Positions 1-12,917 of a stretch of DNA of 64,000 nt are shown in pieces. A program made the translations under genes and the position numbers. Under the pieces are notes generated by a model, which searched no databases, was not told the origin of the DNA, and worked only from the letters and a program-made list of their open reading frames with translations. The stretch is from contig JAQGDQ010000471.1 of the NCBI GenBank assembly GCA_030141605.1, positions 111,297-175,296 on the forward strand, given 5' to 3'. The stretch's first letter is position 1; every line of letters begins with the position of its first letter. The DNA comes from Tubiluchus corallicola. Lineage: Eukaryota > Animalia > Priapulida.

Positions 1-2196
1 TTTCTCTAAAACAGGAGAGTCTATGCTTTCTTTATTAGGGATAGTCTGGGTTTCCGAGAGGACTTCTTTGACAGAAACACCAACGGAATTACGTTTCTTA
101 CCAATAGCTCTGAATTGAGCAATAATAATAACAATAAGCAGCCCTGTAACCACCGACATTGTCCAGAATCCAGACAGAGAGTTCCGTTCACTTTGCTTGG
201 CTCGTGTTGCAGCAGTTAAAGGCTGTGCAACAGATCGGCTTTTAGAAGTTGTGATTATGGCTAGAGCGTAACAACACCGATTATCCCCTTCTTCCTGCTC
301 TGCTTGGCTACGTCTACCACATGCCATCAAACCAACCTCAACCTTTCCTAGAATTGGGTTAGCCAGAAAAATGTCACCATTTCCATTAATAGTTAAATTT
401 TGATTATGGTTAATAATCGAGTACTGCATTTGTGTTTCAGAGCTGCTTGCAAACATTGCTTTAACATGACCCACATGTGATTTAAGAACACCTGTAGTGT
501 TCATTTTATACACCTCCTGATCAAAAACAGGATTTTTTCTAAACTGTAATTGTTTTATTTTTATTTGGACAGCAGCTAAAGCTACTTTATTCACAGGCTT
601 CTTAATTTTGGCCTTGATCGTACAGTCAACATATTCGTCGGTGTATGAATGCAGTTTAGCTGTTGTGATTACACTTACAATAGACCTCTCCGGTAAACGT
701 GGATTTAGGGATGTTCGCTCTACTGCAAACATTCCCATATTCTGTCCATTGTTTCCCACTAGTGAATAGGAAACTTCCGTTTCTGGATATGTACTTAGGA
801 CTACCATGGTCAACAAAGGTGTCCCTACAGGCTCATGACTAAACGCTTCAGTCGGAGCAGATATTATCTCAAATTTTAGAGTGTTTACAATAATTTGCAA
901 AGACAAGAGAGCTCTGGCAAACGTGGGTCTAGTTAAACTGTAGCGTTCTTCTGCCTGAATAAGAGTGAAATACTTAGCTGACGACATCAGTTCTGTTGTG
1001 GTTGAAACCCTTCCATTAAGGTCATTGACCCTAAAAGGGTTATGCACGCATTTATAAGGAAATGTGAAGGCAACGGTGTATGGAAATTTGTAAAATATAG
1101 TTTCTTTAAGTGGATCCTTGTCATAAGCGGAAATTGGAGGTTCAATTAAGATTTCTGTGCCTCTTTCTACCGAAAAGTTACTTTTTACAGTTCCAGTGTA
1201 CTTCACAACAGAAAACTCGGGGTTTTGGTTGTTTATATTCTTAAAATTAACAAAGATTCGTAGATGAGGTCCACCCCTTGTTGGTTTCTCTCTAGTCTCA
1301 TAACGAACTAAACGTCTGACGTTTATTATAAAGGGCACATTCCAATCAGTGTTCTTATAAAGTCTTTGCTGCACTTTCAAGTGAACGCTAATGTATGTCT
1401 TTTGTTTAAACGCCTCTTTTATTCTAATTTCGAAATCCTGATTGTCAGGACACTCACTCGTGCTCCAGTCGGGATTGTCAAACTTCTTTTGGTCTAGCAC
1501 ACATATTTTAACATATCTGGCATACATCCATGGGTCTTCATCTACTACGATAGTATTGAAAAGATTAGTTCCGGGAAGCGTGGTTTCGTCATAATAGATA
1601 AATTTATTGTTTAGATTGGGCTCAAAACGAGGCACAAAGTAATCAAAAGGGATAATGTTAATTGTGAGATATAAGCGAATGTAATTACGTCGGGGTGATT
1701 CAGTAGGAGCAATATTTTTATGGTGCCTGTCATCATGAACGCAGTCAAACTCCAATTCGAGTTTAGGCTCTAGCGCATCAAGTTCTTGAGGTTTATATTT
1801 TCTGAAGTAGTCTACCACGTTCTCTTTAAAGAAAATTGTATTTTCGCCAATCCATTTGCCATTATCCCACTGATAATGCGGTCTAGTGAATGCCTTCCAG
1901 TCGTTTTGCAGAGCATTTCTAGGAAATATCATATTAACCCCTTCTCCTTCGTTGAATGTAATGTTTATATCAATTGACTTACCAAGATTATTTTTGTTAT
2001 ATATGTATGCTTTTTGCTTATATGTTCCACTATATCTATAATTCCAGGGGCGAAGATCTCCTTCAAATGTTTCACATCCACGTGGTTTTTTGTTTAAGAT
2101 GATGTTCTTGTCAACATGCTGTGCAACGTTTGCTGTCCACAGTGTACTTCCTAGAAAGAGAAGAAACAACATTTCTGACAGGCGACAAACCACCAT
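1..2196 (-). CDS. Divergent cadherin-domain (protocadherin-like) single-pass membrane protein; uninterrupted ORF, 3' end runs off the window (>=732 aa)
   Basis: Manual translation (absent from the ORF track because there is no stop in the window). ATG at 2196 with an in-frame upstream TAG; signal-like MLFLLFLGSTLWTANVA; cadherin-like motifs VVDED, NINNQNPEFS, ISAYDKD, KNPVFDQEVY; TM FWTMSVVTGLLIVIIIA followed by basic GKKR. Confidence 0.8.
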   Translation of the reverse strand, partial: MVVCRLSEMLFLLFLGSTLWTANVAQHVDKNIILNKKPRGCETFEGDLRPWNYRYSGTYKQKAYIYNKNNLGKSIDINITFNEGEGVNMIFPRNALQNDWKAFTRPHYQWDNGKWIGENTIFFKENVVDYFRKYKPQELDALEPKLELEFDCVHDDRHHKNIAPTESPRRNYIRLYLTINIIPFDYFVPRFEPNLNNKFIYYDETTLPGTNLFNTIVVDEDPWMYARYVKICVLDQKKFDNPDWSTSECPDNQDFEIRIKEAFKQKTYISVHLKVQQRLYKNTDWNVPFIINVRRLVRYETREKPTRGGPHLRIFVNFKNINNQNPEFSVVKYTGTVKSNFSVERGTEILIEPPISAYDKDPLKETIFYKFPYTVAFTFPYKCVHNPFRVNDLNGRVSTTTELMSSAKYFTLIQAEERYSLTRPTFARALLSLQIIVNTLKFEIISAPTEAFSHEPVGTPLLTMVVLSTYPETEVSYSLVGNNGQNMGMFAVERTSLNPRLPERSIVSVITTAKLHSYTDEYVDCTIKAKIKKPVNKVALAAVQIKIKQLQFRKNPVFDQEVYKMNTTGVLKSHVGHVKAMFASSSETQMQYSIINHNQNLTINGNGDIFLANPILGKVEVGLMACGRRSQAEQEEGDNRCCYALAIITTSKSRSVAQPLTAATRAKQSERNSLSGFWTMSVVTGLLIVIIIAQFRAIGKKRNSVGVSVKEVLSETQTIPNKESIDSPVLEK

Positions 2197-3774
2197 TACG
2201 TTACAGTTTGCATACTGCTGATTGTCTAGTTTCTAGATATCGGCAAACAGTTCGTCAGAATCTGAGATCAGTGATTTCGAATCAATTATGATGTATTCAT
2301 ATCATGTATAATACTTTAGCCTTTGTTTCAATCCATTGTTTACTCTCTTAGCTGTTGACGCAAGCAGAATTGTTTCTTCCAGTTTGAAATTCCAAAATTG
2401 TAGGAGAAAAAACTGTTTTACCCTATTCTAATTTATTCTACACGCATGCTTGCTCTACATTAAAACACAAGAAAATCTTCCACTTACGTAAAGCTTAAAA
2501 TTCGTGTTGAAATTGTAAATTATTCACATACTAAGGAGTTTGCGTCGGCAGTAACGCTATATAAAACTTGTAAGTTTAAACTTCTACGATGACCGTTAGG
2601 CGCAACCATTTAAATGGTAGGTCGTCTAAAACAAGTTTAAATGACATTGTGCAAGGTTTGAAAAAATAATCAGAGTATTCGTAGCACATTTGTTACTAGC
2701 AAATAAAATTTTTAATTACTGTATATTGTCAATAAGATTAAAAACACTTATTGGGATGGTGCGTGGTGCAGCCTGGAGGGTGAGCCAATGACATTTTACC
2801 AATTGGCACGAACATCTTAAACTATTATTTCTAGTTGCATAAGTCTTTCCAGCAGGAAAGCGGAATACTAAGTAATATAGATTTGCATGAAAAGTTTTTA
2901 GGACATAATTTAAAGTTTCCTTTTCTTCCATTGATTTACGTTGTGCGTATACGTCGTTGTGTAATGGCGCCGTCTTAACAGTATTGAGTTTTAAAATGAA
3001 ATACAAAAATTCCTTTCAATGTAAGTGCGATATATGCACAAAGATTCCGTAAAGTAATATAATTTTTAAGGCAAGTTTTCTGAAACCTATTTCTTGTTCT
3101 GGTGCCCCTTTTCTTGTCATTTAAGAGGACTGGCGTATGGATACTAAAGTACCTTTCTTAATCGGACACACTGTCATTATTTTATTAAATCACAAAACAC
3201 ACTCTTCATAAATGAAACTTAAAAGATTCGCCTTGAAATTTTGTACACTTACTCGCTATCTTATTGCACACAGGACCACGTTGCCAGTAATGTTGCATAA
3301 AACTGGTGCATATTTAAATTCCCGTGATGACTGTTGGGCGCTGGCATTTTGACGATAAGTCATGTGAACGGCATATAGCAAATAAACAGTTACTTAGGAG
3401 ACACTATAAATTTAGAATTCATATTTCGAATGTAAAAAGTTCCCGGCTCCCAGAAATTGATCTGCCTTATTGCGCTTTTACAGTCTGGCTACGCCCCTAA
3501 ATAGGATGGTTTGTGACGCTATTACTGTAGGCATGCATGTTTGCGTGAGTTTAGAATATGTTTTTATACCGCTGATGTGTAATAGTTAAGGTGACGCATT
3601 GTAGTGTGTAACGTAACGAGATGAAATACTATGAAACGTAATGTAATGCATCTTAAAGTACTATAACGGTCATCAATGATTTTACAGTTCGCATATCCTG
3701 CACAATTTAAAAATATTAAGTAACCTGACACTGATCACGACGAGACGCTAATTACGCCTGTTTTGCATGCAATT

Positions 3775-4420
3775 TAAGCGGATGATCTAGCAAAGCAATT
3801 GCTTGGAATCATGTTTACGGTGTCGTGCTAGCGAAACTTTTGTGGGATCAGTCGTGTATGCCGATGATATTGCGCAAATGGCTGATTCACATAGTCACCT
3901 TAAGAAAATGTTGAAAACCTGTGAAATACATGGCCGAAGGTGGTCTATTGCATTTAGTAGTGAAACTTGGTTATTATATATATGTAATGCAGGTCTTCAT
4001 GTTAGTAAAACATTTTTTGTGGCAAAAGACTTATTTAGAAGGAGAAAGTCACATACTTAGGAATTGATGTAAAATCTTATAAAAAATTTAAAATCGACAA
4101 CGTCATAAATAAAAGCAAATCTTGTGCATCGTTGAATTCGATATTGTCAACTCTAGGAAGGAGATGTAATGACATGGCGTCCAAAACGCTGATAAATTCA
4201 TATTGTTAACCAATTTTGTTGTACGCAGTAGAAGTTAATTCATTATCGTTTGAGCAAGAAAATATTTTAAAGTTTGCTGAAACACAGCCTATAAGAAGGA
4301 TTTTAACTATAGAGGTAATGAGAGTGTCAAGATTTTAATGAACTACTGTGGCACGGTGCCTGCAAACTTTCTAATTGATTGTATGAAATTACGTTATTTA
4401 AATGTTCGATTATATACGAT
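3775..4420 (+). pseudogene. Decayed non-LTR retrotransposon (LINE) reverse transcriptase fragment
   Basis: VGSVVYADDIAQMADS...LKKML (YADD motif), then KVTYLGID in another frame; stops and frameshifts; boundaries approximate. Confidence 0.75.
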
Positions 4421-4512
4421 CATTGTCATTTTTAAAAATTCTTTATTTTATGCATATACCACCTTTTTCTTGTTATCTTTGTTATCTGTATGTAATGACA
4501 CGAAATTAAATG

Positions 4513-4574
4513 GTGATGATGATGATGATGATGATGATGACGACGACGATGATGATGATGATGACAACAACAAC

Positions 4575-4646
<72 letters not shown>

Positions 4647-4682
4647 CTCTCTCCTCCCCCCTCTCTCTCTCTTTCTCTCTCT
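4513..4682. repeat. Compound microsatellite (GAT)n(GAC)n(AAC)n(AAT)n(CT)n
   Basis: Seen directly. Confidence 0.95.
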
Positions 4683-5118
4683 GCTCTTTTCTTTTACAGT
4701 AGTAAAATAAATTACTTTACGCCTAATATTTAACCAAAAATAAATCTTCACGAAACAATCCTAAGCTTTTGTGCGTTGTATGCTACAAAACTGGCATAAG
4801 TATGATACCTTTTTGAAAACAGAAATTTTTAGCTTTACTTAATGTACAGACAGAATGGTTTTCTGTTTTGTCGTTGGTTGGAAAATTGCGCTCATTTACT
4901 GTTTACTGAATTCACAGGGCCTTCATTATGGGCACTCTAAATCCTAGTATTAAATCATCTATGTCGTTATCAAAATTCAGACTTTGTCACAGGACATAGA
5001 AAATATCAGTCATAATGATGATTAGTACAGCTTAATTAGCCTTGATTAATACATAAAGAAGTTCATATTATCACATCAGCAGTCTAATTTCGTCTTATTG
5101 GTTTTCCTTTGTTGTGAC
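4683..5118 (+). repeat. Dispersed repeat family A, copy 1 (~435 bp), abutting a CT tract
   Basis: Close reverse-complement match to 18906-19370. Confidence 0.85.
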
Positions 5119-5754
5119 GTAATCATGATAATAATAATAATTAGTCGTAACTCATAAATGTCGAAAAAATTAAAATTTGTATACTAGATGTTACACATAT
5201 TTGTTTTTTAGACACAACAATTTCATTGTTGGCAATAAATTTCATAATTAAAAGCTCCCTTTGAATTCAAAAGCGTTGTTTCAAGGAAGATATTTAAAAA
5301 AAACATTTTCGACATTTTTACGAGTTCCTTTTACAAGTACCTATGACGGAACGTTCAGACTTGTCAGTTTTCTCTCTGACTGTAATGTTTAGAAGTAACT
5401 GGCAAGCAAGTTTTAAAACACGTTTGCACATGCCTATAGCGAGAAAACTCATTAGTTTGAACACTCCGTAATATTTATTTGAAAATATATTTGAGTATAA
5501 TCTAACATTTGAGAAGAAATAAATCTGTAAAACACAAAAGAATGTAAAAAATGTTGAAGTAATATAATGAACTTTGACTTGTTGAAAAGTTAAAAAATTA
5601 ATAAAGGAAACAAAGTACAGTATATAATGGCTGAATGTTATGCTAACACATAAAATAAATTTCTAAACATGCTCGTTGACACCTGGAGCTTGTTTAGGAT
5701 GACGACCATCATTACAGAGAATTATACCCCAGATCGTGGCTTCTATTACACTCC

Positions 5755-5778
5755 CGCACGCATTCATGTACTCACGCA

Positions 5779-5809
<31 letters not shown>

Positions 5810-6010
5810 GCACACATGCGCGCGCACACACACACACACAAGTACACCAATTAATTAAACTTTGATGTACTTTGATGACTGTGACTGTGGTAGTGTTGCT
5901 GATTATAATAATAATAGTGATGCTGCTGCTGATCATGATAGTGATGATGATGATGACGACGACGACGATGACGAAAATGATGATGAGGACGATAATATGA
6001 TGATGATAGT
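5755..6010. repeat. (GCAC)n/(CA)n tract followed by (GAT/GAC)n
   Basis: Seen directly; the CA tract ends in aattaattaaactttgat, as does the tract at 6287-6509. Confidence 0.9.
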
Positions 6011-6286
6011 GACAATTTTATATGCAGTTTTTCATACACTTTTTTGTACTCTGCTAGCTTATATTCGACAGGATTGCAAATAAAAAAATGTAGAATGGTT
6101 GTGGCGGGACGAAAACCTAGCTAATTATTAAAGACAATTTTTTAAAATGAGACAGTGAACCAGCAGGTTGTCTTCGTCCGATTCGAATGTGTGTACGACC
6201 TTCCTCAAGGAGGTAAATAGATGGAAAGAGGATGTGCTAGATGGAATTGCTCAGAAACAGTTTCTCCAGAGATCTTCATAATGGCT

Positions 6287-6509
6287 ACACACGCACACAC
6301 ACGCACACGCACACGCACACGCACACGCACGCACGAACACACGCACGCACGCACACGCACACACCACACACGCACTCGCACACGCACACGCGCACGCGCA
6401 CACGCGCACACGCGCTCACGCGCACAAGCGCTCACGCGCACACGCGCACACACGCACACACACACACCACACGCACGCAAGCACGCACACTAATTAATTA
6501 AACTTTGAT
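6287..6509. repeat. (GCAC/CA)n tract
   Basis: Seen directly. Confidence 0.9.
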
Positions 6510-6543
6510 AACAAACGTGAAAAAAGAAATGTGGAAAAATTAT

Positions 6544-6605
6544 AATACAGCCGAGATTTGAACCAGACACTTTCTGCTTAAATTGATGACGCCTTAGACC
6601 ACTAA
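6544..6605 (-). mobile_element. tRNA-derived SINE head / pseudo-tRNA
   Basis: Minus strand TAGTGGTCTAAGGC (A-box-like) ... GGTTCAAATCTCGGC (B-box-like); similar copy at 32836-32905; no complete cloverleaf seen. Confidence 0.55.
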
Positions 6606-6896
6606 ATATACGCAGACGTCCCTAGTTCAAATATAGGCTGTATTCTATCATTTTCACATTTCTTACCTTTAAAGTTTGGAATCAAACTTTAATTTATCGT
6701 GGGTTTGTAACGTCATCATAACAGTTTTGACATTAAGATTATAATAATTAAAAAATAGTGTGATATTTCTTATTCGATTTTTAAGGCAAAATAGGATAAT
6801 TTTTCATACCGTACACGATTTTGTTGTGCAGCACAGTAAAAAGTATACATTTTAATACCTATAATAATGCCAGAGTGTTTGTGACAATTAAATGAC

Positions 6897-7020
6897 AGCT
6901 TAAAAACTTAATTAATGGCGGGCGAGCCCAACTAGTGATGACATCACAAATGAACATAATTTTTAACAACATAAACATACGATGAGCGTGCTGCACGCGT
7001 TTGTGAAAGCGAAAATGTAC
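6897..7020 (+). repeat. Dispersed repeat family B, short fragment
   Basis: ttaaaaacttaattaatggcgggcgagcccaact...gacatcacaaa shared with 28270-28815 and 33410-33990. Confidence 0.7.
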
Positions 7021-7804
7021 TATATATATATTAATTCTTTATTTGTCATTAAAACGGTTCCCTCATTATAATAAAATTGAGTTAGCCTCAGCGTAATGTT
7101 AAAATAACAATACTGTTCAAGACAAATGCGTCCAGTGCATACTAAAAAAACTAAAGTGCAAACTATATACAATATAATGAACATATTTACAAATACCATA
7201 TTAAAATATTTTTACAAACAATTATAGGAAAGTACATTAAGTTTTACATTACATAGTGCACACTATTTATACATTTAACATTACGAAACACGAAACTAAC
7301 ATAACACGTATTACATTACATAATTTTTTTTTTAAAAATTTCATTTTTAATCATTATATGGAGTCAGGGGCGGGGGTATATGAAAGTGGAGTCCGTGTAA
7401 TTAGTATCAGATGCACAGATGTACTACGGTACAACATTCAATTGGGCTTGGTTTACATTTAATTTAAGTAAATTAATACAAACTACAGCAGTTAGTGTAT
7501 GCAATGATATCCACGGCAGAAAATATTTTGTGTTCAGCAAAAATTTTTAGGGTGGTGGGGGTCGTTGTTGTTTCCGTTCTTCGATATTAGATCCACATAT
7601 TTTTCTAAGTATTATTCTAAGATTTTCATTAAGTTTCTTGTTGTCAAGTACTTGTGGGCTCCATATTTTTTAGCTCAGGGCTCTTTAAATCTCTGACCTT
7701 GCCTTTTTTCTCGTAGGCGAAGTAATTATAAAAAATCTCTCTTTTCGTTGTGGCAGCGTGAGAATCGACTATCCACTGAACATAATTCAAGGTCACTGTT
7801 GAAG

Positions 7805-7812
7805 TATATAAA
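7805..7812 (+). promoter_or_regulatory. Candidate TATA box of the C-type lectin-like gene
   Basis: TATATAAA about 70 bp upstream of ATG 7880. Confidence 0.4.
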
Positions 7813-7879
7813 CCAACGTAGGGCACAAGTCAAGATCAAGAGGGTGACGGTTCGCTTGGAGAAGCTCTGAGCGTTCATC

Positions 7880-8168
7880 ATGGAACTTTTTCCACTTTTG
7901 CTGGTTTTTTGCTGCATCGCTTTTGTGGTTTCTCACCCATGTCTTGAAGATTACACACTTGTACAATTTGATGATAAAACAGAGAAGTGTTACAAGCTTT
8001 TAATGGACAAAACGAGAAATTTGAAGCAAGCCGGGCAAGAATGCAAAAAAGATAAGAATGCGGATAGAACAAAAGCAGAACTGGTTACCGTTTTATCTCA
8101 GGAAAAAGTGAACAAACTAACGACCGATTTGAATCTGAATGAACTCTTGTCGAACTCAGCAGCTATGG
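7880..8168 (+). CDS. Secreted C-type lectin-like domain protein, exon 1 of 2 (182 aa in total)
   Basis: Signal peptide MELFPLLLVFCCIAFVVS; CTLD N-half C...KCYKL...AGQEC...AELVTV; donor ATG G|GTGAGT, phase 1. Confidence 0.8.
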
Positions 8169-8892
8169 GTGAGTTCACATTTTTCACTAATTTCTACTTC
8201 TACATATTATCGATTATGAATTATGAATCGTCAGGTGTTAGACATTGGTTGCATGGGTGATGCGGTGGCAGGACCGGATTAACGCATAAGCAGAGTAAGC
8301 ACGTAAGCAGAGTAAGGCTGGGGGGGCACCAAACTAGCAAAAAATAATTTGAAAACAGATAAAATTTTAATAAAGTGAGTTAACGACCATAAACGTCTTA
8401 CTCAGTTCAAAATGTGAGAATGATCAATTTTTTGTTGTTCTTGGCCGGCATATTAACTTATTTAATTAAAATTTCATTTTGACGTCATGTGATACCCCAA
8501 AATCATGACCCAGATGAACTCTGATATATATGAAACTCTCTCACCAAACTCTTCTATCTGGCTAGCTCTCTCTCTCTCTGTCTCTCTTTCTCTCACTCTC
8601 TCTGTTTCTCTCTCTCTTTCTCTCGCTTCCTCCCTCTCCACGTGACGTTTAATGTTTCCTGTCTCCAGGAGCTCATGTCATAGCAATCGTCATTGTCTTT
8701 CTCCTTCCTCAAGATTTGACCATTCTGACCAATGAACTCTCATCTTCTCTTCATTATCTCATTACTAATATTGTTTATCCCGGCTCTTGTGATTGGCAGT
8801 AGTAGATTGTAAAATGATTTAGTATTTATCACGGCGCACTAATTCTAATATTTGTATCTTATTTAATTATAGGTCTATACCGTTTTTTGTAG

Positions 8893-9152
8893 GTTTCTGG
8901 ACTTCGGAAAATGTGGCTGAAACAGCAATCATGTGGGATTCTCTTGATGACATTCTTCGTTTGAAGTGTGAGAAAAATGAAAACGAGTTTAATTTTAATG
9001 TGCTTGTAAAAATGAAGACCGAGAGCGTATCTCTGGGTAAGAAGAAAATGGGTTTAGCACTGGGTGAGGGAAACGGCGTTGGCACGTGGTATTTCGCCCC
9101 TGAAAATGAAAAATTTTATGCGATTTGTGAATTGCCAACAGAGGAAAATTAA
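8893..9152 (+). CDS. C-type lectin-like domain protein, exon 2 of 2
   Basis: Acceptor ttttttgtag|GT gives in-frame GFWTS (WIG-like position) ... GTWYFAPENEKFYAICE (C-terminal CTLD strand); stop TAA at 9152. Confidence 0.8.
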
Positions 9153-10381
9153 ACCCAAAATCACTTTTTAGTGCACATGTCTGTCACCACTCTCATTTTT
9201 CAGTTTTAATGGTATAGGTGAGTTTGTCACTTGTTTGGTCTCCACATGGCTTCCAGGTAATCCAGAATTAATAGTATCCAAAAATTCTGTGGGTTTCAAA
9301 GCCGCTTAAATATGCCGATGCCCAAGGACACACTTCAAACGTCGCGAAATTTTGGGGCTAATTTTGCTCTCGTTGAATACAAAGAAGTCCTAAATATTTT
9401 AGATAAACGTGTTGTACAGATTAATTGTTAGGATAAGTGCTATTAGAATTTGTAAATTGATATTTTCTGTTAATTGTAAGCAGAGCATTTTAATAATAGT
9501 TAAACAAGACAAAAGGCGTATCCAGGTGAGAAGCGAATACCCGAAGCTGCAGCTCATTCTTAACTACAACGCTTGTATATTAATTTGTAGTCATAAATTT
9601 GTTAGTAATTATACTAATCTTTGTTTTTGTTATGTGTTTGTGAATACTTTGTGTTAAATTTACCGAGCAAAAGGAAAAATGAAAATAAGTGTTTTAGTTT
9701 TTGCACACTGTCTGTAGTACTGCCACAAACAACTTGCGAACTCGAGCAGTAAGTACTTAGGAGTTAGGATACGCTTAGCTAGGACTGGATTTCCAGATTT
9801 AAAAAGGTTCTCCAGCTTCCAGAAGTCGATGGGCGTTAACATTTTAGCTAGGCTCGTTACGGTAAATATTCGCTATTATTGTAGGCCTATGTTCTTGTAT
9901 TACATCTACAGTTATGATTTTTAAACAATTGTAATATAAGCTAATGAAATAAAATGTAGCGTAACGTTACGTAATGTAGAATAAAAGCATTTTAACTTCT
10001 GTTGCGGGATACAAAAGAAAATTTATTAGTATTTTTTTTGCACAAAATGTACATGATGTACGTCTCACAAGTCGCTGTTCACTTTTCATATTTTTAAGAA
10101 AGGAAAACGTTTGAACATTGAGACATATGAACTAAAACCTTGGGCAATTTTTTTAGTCAAATTAAATAAAAATCTGAAAAGAACTACTGCAATAGTAAGC
10201 TTTGCGATTTTGGCTACTTATTCAGGGACCTCAAGACACCGCAGAGACCAATTCGTTATCAAATCGAGTAAATTTTGCATTGAGACAGTCTCTCATAGTT
10301 CATGAGTGGTGTGGAAGGGTTACACTTTGTTGAAAAACTACATTGTTAATACTAAGATAATAATGCAGTCCATATGCGCTT

Positions 10382-10557
10382 GACAAGAAAAAGACTAATA
10401 AGGCTAAATAAATTTTGTCAGGTTTACTCGGTCTTATATCACCTCAAGCTAAAAATAACGTGTCACGCAAGAACCCTGGGACAGATTTCCACAGATCTGA
10501 CTAACTTACCCAAGTTGCGCTGAATGGGCGCCTTCGGAATTTGTGCTTGCAGGCATG
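10382..10557 (+). repeat. Dispersed repeat family C, copy 1
   Basis: gacaagaaaaagact...aagaaccctgggacagattt...ttgcaggcatg also at 12048-12221. Confidence 0.75.
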
Positions 10558-12047
10558 ATTTGGTTCATATATATATGGTTATATATTAACTTTTGTTTAT
10601 TGAGCGTATTTATCACATACACATGGTGGACAGTAATAATTTTGAAAAAAAGACACGGCTCATACTCAGTACAAAGTCATAAAACATTAATCCTATATAT
10701 AGGGTATTGTATATATGCTATATAGGATTATGTACTATACTACAGGTTCTAAAATTCAATTTTTTTACACACAAATTTTTCTGTTTCGTGTTTCTTGTTT
10801 GTGAATATATCTTTTACGGGGCTGCAGTCAGGAAATAATGTAATAGGAATTGCCAAATGTGCCTTTTGATTCGTGTAAGAGCTTGTCGAAATTGGAGAAA
10901 AATTTAGGAAAAAATTAGAAATCAAAGTGTATAGTGACTTTTGAGACACCCTGTATATTCTCATTCACGACACGAACCAACAATAATTTAACCAAACTTG
11001 ACCAACAGGGCCTGAAGCATGAACTAATTAATGTCAAACGTTGAAAGAAAACCCGGACGATTATATGTAGACATTAGTTCAAAATAAAGTATGTTCTAAA
11101 TAAATGAAAATTACAACAGCTTTTTAAAATCAAAGCTTAGATTAAATAATAATTGCCTCGGATAGTTAAATTTTGTTTAACGTTCAAAGCTACGCACGGC
11201 TCAGCGAATCCAATAAGACTGGTAATGGAGCCTTTTCATTGTCACATTCTCGCGGCTGACAATTAGGCGCGGTACCCTGATAAGCATGATCGTCAACTGC
11301 AGTGTTCGTCTGTGACATCAGTGTGACGTAGAACCCGTTTTTGTGGCATCACATCAGCGTCTTATAGCAATCTTTGTTTACGCAAACGTGCTTGACGCTC
11401 TAAGAAGTTGCCTACCATTGAACAAACTGCGGTTAGTTTGTGACGTAAGCGATATCTGTGTTCGGTTGCCGTTAATTAACTTTCAAAGATAACAGAAACA
11501 AATGTTCAATGGTGTTTCACTCGCAGGCTATTTGTTAGTGCAATCTTGGCAGCATGCCATGCCTTGTGACCGATTGTCTTTTTCAAATCTTGAGCTTCTT
11601 GAACTTCGTAGAATACACTATGATTTGGCAATGTGTTATTCAATATTACATCAGACAGTGCTACAGACAAAGATGTAGTTTTTAGCAAAGCACCTTTATC
11701 TACTGTGACCAGGTCCGGGGGTTACCGCTTAAACTAACAGCACATTCACTGCCAATTTGATTGTTTCAAAAATTCTTACTCGAACGGAATAATTCTGAAC
11801 TTCCAGAGTCTCTCGGCGATGCCCCCTTGGACTTTGCCCAGAGCAGCAAACTTTTTTAAAAACCGTTTAAAAGGTCTAAATCTTAATGATCTTTTAATAG
11901 GCGCTTGTAAGTAGCCTTGGCTCTTTGTGCATTTATCTGTAATCTTTTAACTAGCCCGTTTTACGTGTAAGAATTCATTCTGTGCTGTATGTACGTTTTA
12001 TCCTGCCTTCTTGTAAATATTTTGTAAATGTGTGCAGGTTATTTTCA

Positions 12048-12221
12048 GACAAGAAAAAGACTTATAAGGCTAAAAACGCTTCTTTTGTCAGGTTTGCTCG
12101 GTCACATTTCACCTTAAGCTAGAAATGACCGCTCCCCTTCAAGAACCCTGGGACAGATTTCTGACAGATATAACTAATTTCTCCAAAACGTCCTTCGCAA
12201 AAAGTTGCGCTTGCAGGCATG
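12048..12221 (+). repeat. Dispersed repeat family C, copy 2
   Basis: Diverged direct copy of 10382-10557. Confidence 0.75.
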
Positions 12222-12917
12222 GTTTGCTGAACAATATAAGTTGAGGAACGCTATAGACTGAAATTAAGACAGAAAACATTAGTAGTCAAAAGAACTTTTT
12301 ATTTACTTCTAATGAAAAGTAATTATGCCACGCTAAATATAATATAAATCGAAGGTAAAACAAAGAAGTAAGATTATTCTCCTTATTAGTGGCTGCCGCC
12401 ATTCGGGATACGCCATTGCGCCGAACCATCAATCTTCCCAATGTTTTCCCAATCTTCCCGGAACCTAAGGGCTTTGGGCTATTTTTGTTACGCAATCTAC
12501 GTTTGTGGGAAACTTGCGCACAGAGGCTGCTAGCTGAGCACACCTGCATTGCGGATGTTATTTTTGAAGCTAATTTAGCCACCACATTGGATATGATTAT
12601 TCGGATGGAGTTGGGATGTCAATACTCAAACTCGGGAGTCGGTACCCACTAGAACTGCTAAATAGACTACCATGTTGGACTACTATGTCCTTATGGTGTT
12701 TTGGACGCCATTTTGGTTTCGTTTTGAGATCGCATTTACAATTACGACTTGAGTACAAACGTCACTAAGGAAGATCGACTCCGACATATTAGCCGGCGAG
12801 TAAAACCAAAAAAAAATTCCCCATTGAAAACGACAAGAAAAAGAAACAGTAATACATAATATCAGCATAAACAAATTAATCACTATCAAATAGAAAGCAA
12901 TTCCATGTACTCTAGAG

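Noticed and set aside
6544-6605. Functional tRNA gene (also 32836-32905)
   Set aside because: A/B boxes are present, but there is no convincing acceptor stem or cloverleaf; treated as SINE-derived
8873-8892. Upstream acceptor (ttatag at 8872) for lectin exon 2
   Set aside because: Gives an in-frame TAG at 8890-8892; the acceptor at 8892 is frame-consistent
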